Source: an uncultured delta proteobacterium (GTDB taxonomy: Bacteria; Desulfobacterota; Syntrophobacteria; Syntrophobacterales; Syntrophobacteraceae). From it: a stretch of 64,000 nucleotides of DNA. Location of the stretch: positions 32,001 through 96,000 of the forward strand of contig CAWEHK010000018.1 of assembly GCA_963808625.1 (NCBI GenBank), read 5' to 3'. The position numbers and the translations under genes were made by a program. The number at the start of each line of letters is the position of its first letter. The first letter of the stretch is position 1. The notes under the pieces are model-generated. The model was not told the origin of the DNA. It saw only the letters and a list, made by a program, of their open reading frames with translations, and did not search any database. Of the stretch, positions 63,843-64,000 are shown in pieces.

Positions 63843-63998
63843 TTAGTACTGCGTCGCAGAATTGAGTGTCCGGATTTCCCTTCGTCATACCGGCATGTTT
63901 TTAGCCGGTATCCAGGAAGGTCTTGTGGATTCCGGCTAGGAGATTGCCGGAATGACGATCCAGGATAATGGACACTTTATTCTGCTGAGCTGTATTAG
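63843..63998. mobile_element. MITE-like element copy 4
   Basis: TTAGTACTGCGTCGCAGAATTGAGTGTCC ... GGACACTTTATTCTGCTGAGCTGTATTAG around CGTCATACCGGC...GCCGGAATGACG. Confidence 0.7.
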
Positions 63999-64000
63999 AG

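Noticed and set aside
1..64000. CRISPR array, tRNA, rRNA, integrase or transposase genes
   Set aside because: No regularly spaced direct repeats, cloverleaf/rRNA signatures or recombinase motifs recognised

Overview
Bacterial chromosomal window. Gene content (Tmc-type complex, cytochrome c3, periplasmic [NiFe] hydrogenase, GcvT-GlyA fusion, Fhs/FolD, a UGA-Sec protein) points to an anaerobic Desulfobacterota, probably Syntrophobacterales-like (inference). No rRNA, tRNA or CRISPR array was recognised. More than ten otherwise intact genes carry 1-nt frameshifts, which is best explained by long-read assembly indels. Highlights: (1) a TmcB-like Fe-S protein with an in-frame UGA at a conserved Cys position followed by a SECIS-like hairpin, i.e. 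a selenoprotein that the ORF track splits in two; (2) an integrase-less ~3.6 kb island apparently inserted into arfB at the GGQ-NVNKV codons, containing a ~240-bp inverted repeat around a cassette-like SDH/Clp protease + small ORF pair, a VapBC locus and a recurring ~45-bp site; (3) a PGDYG-like repeat protein coupled to an atypical ~1150-aa Lon-family protease; (4) a sigma54 module driving an Asp-to-Glu receiver protein followed by a WGYGG/GGA-rich putative sRNA; (5) an anti-TRAP-like zinc-finger protein behind asnS; (6) a MITE-like family, REP elements and a promoter element repeated three times in a mosaic accessory region (43-64 kb).
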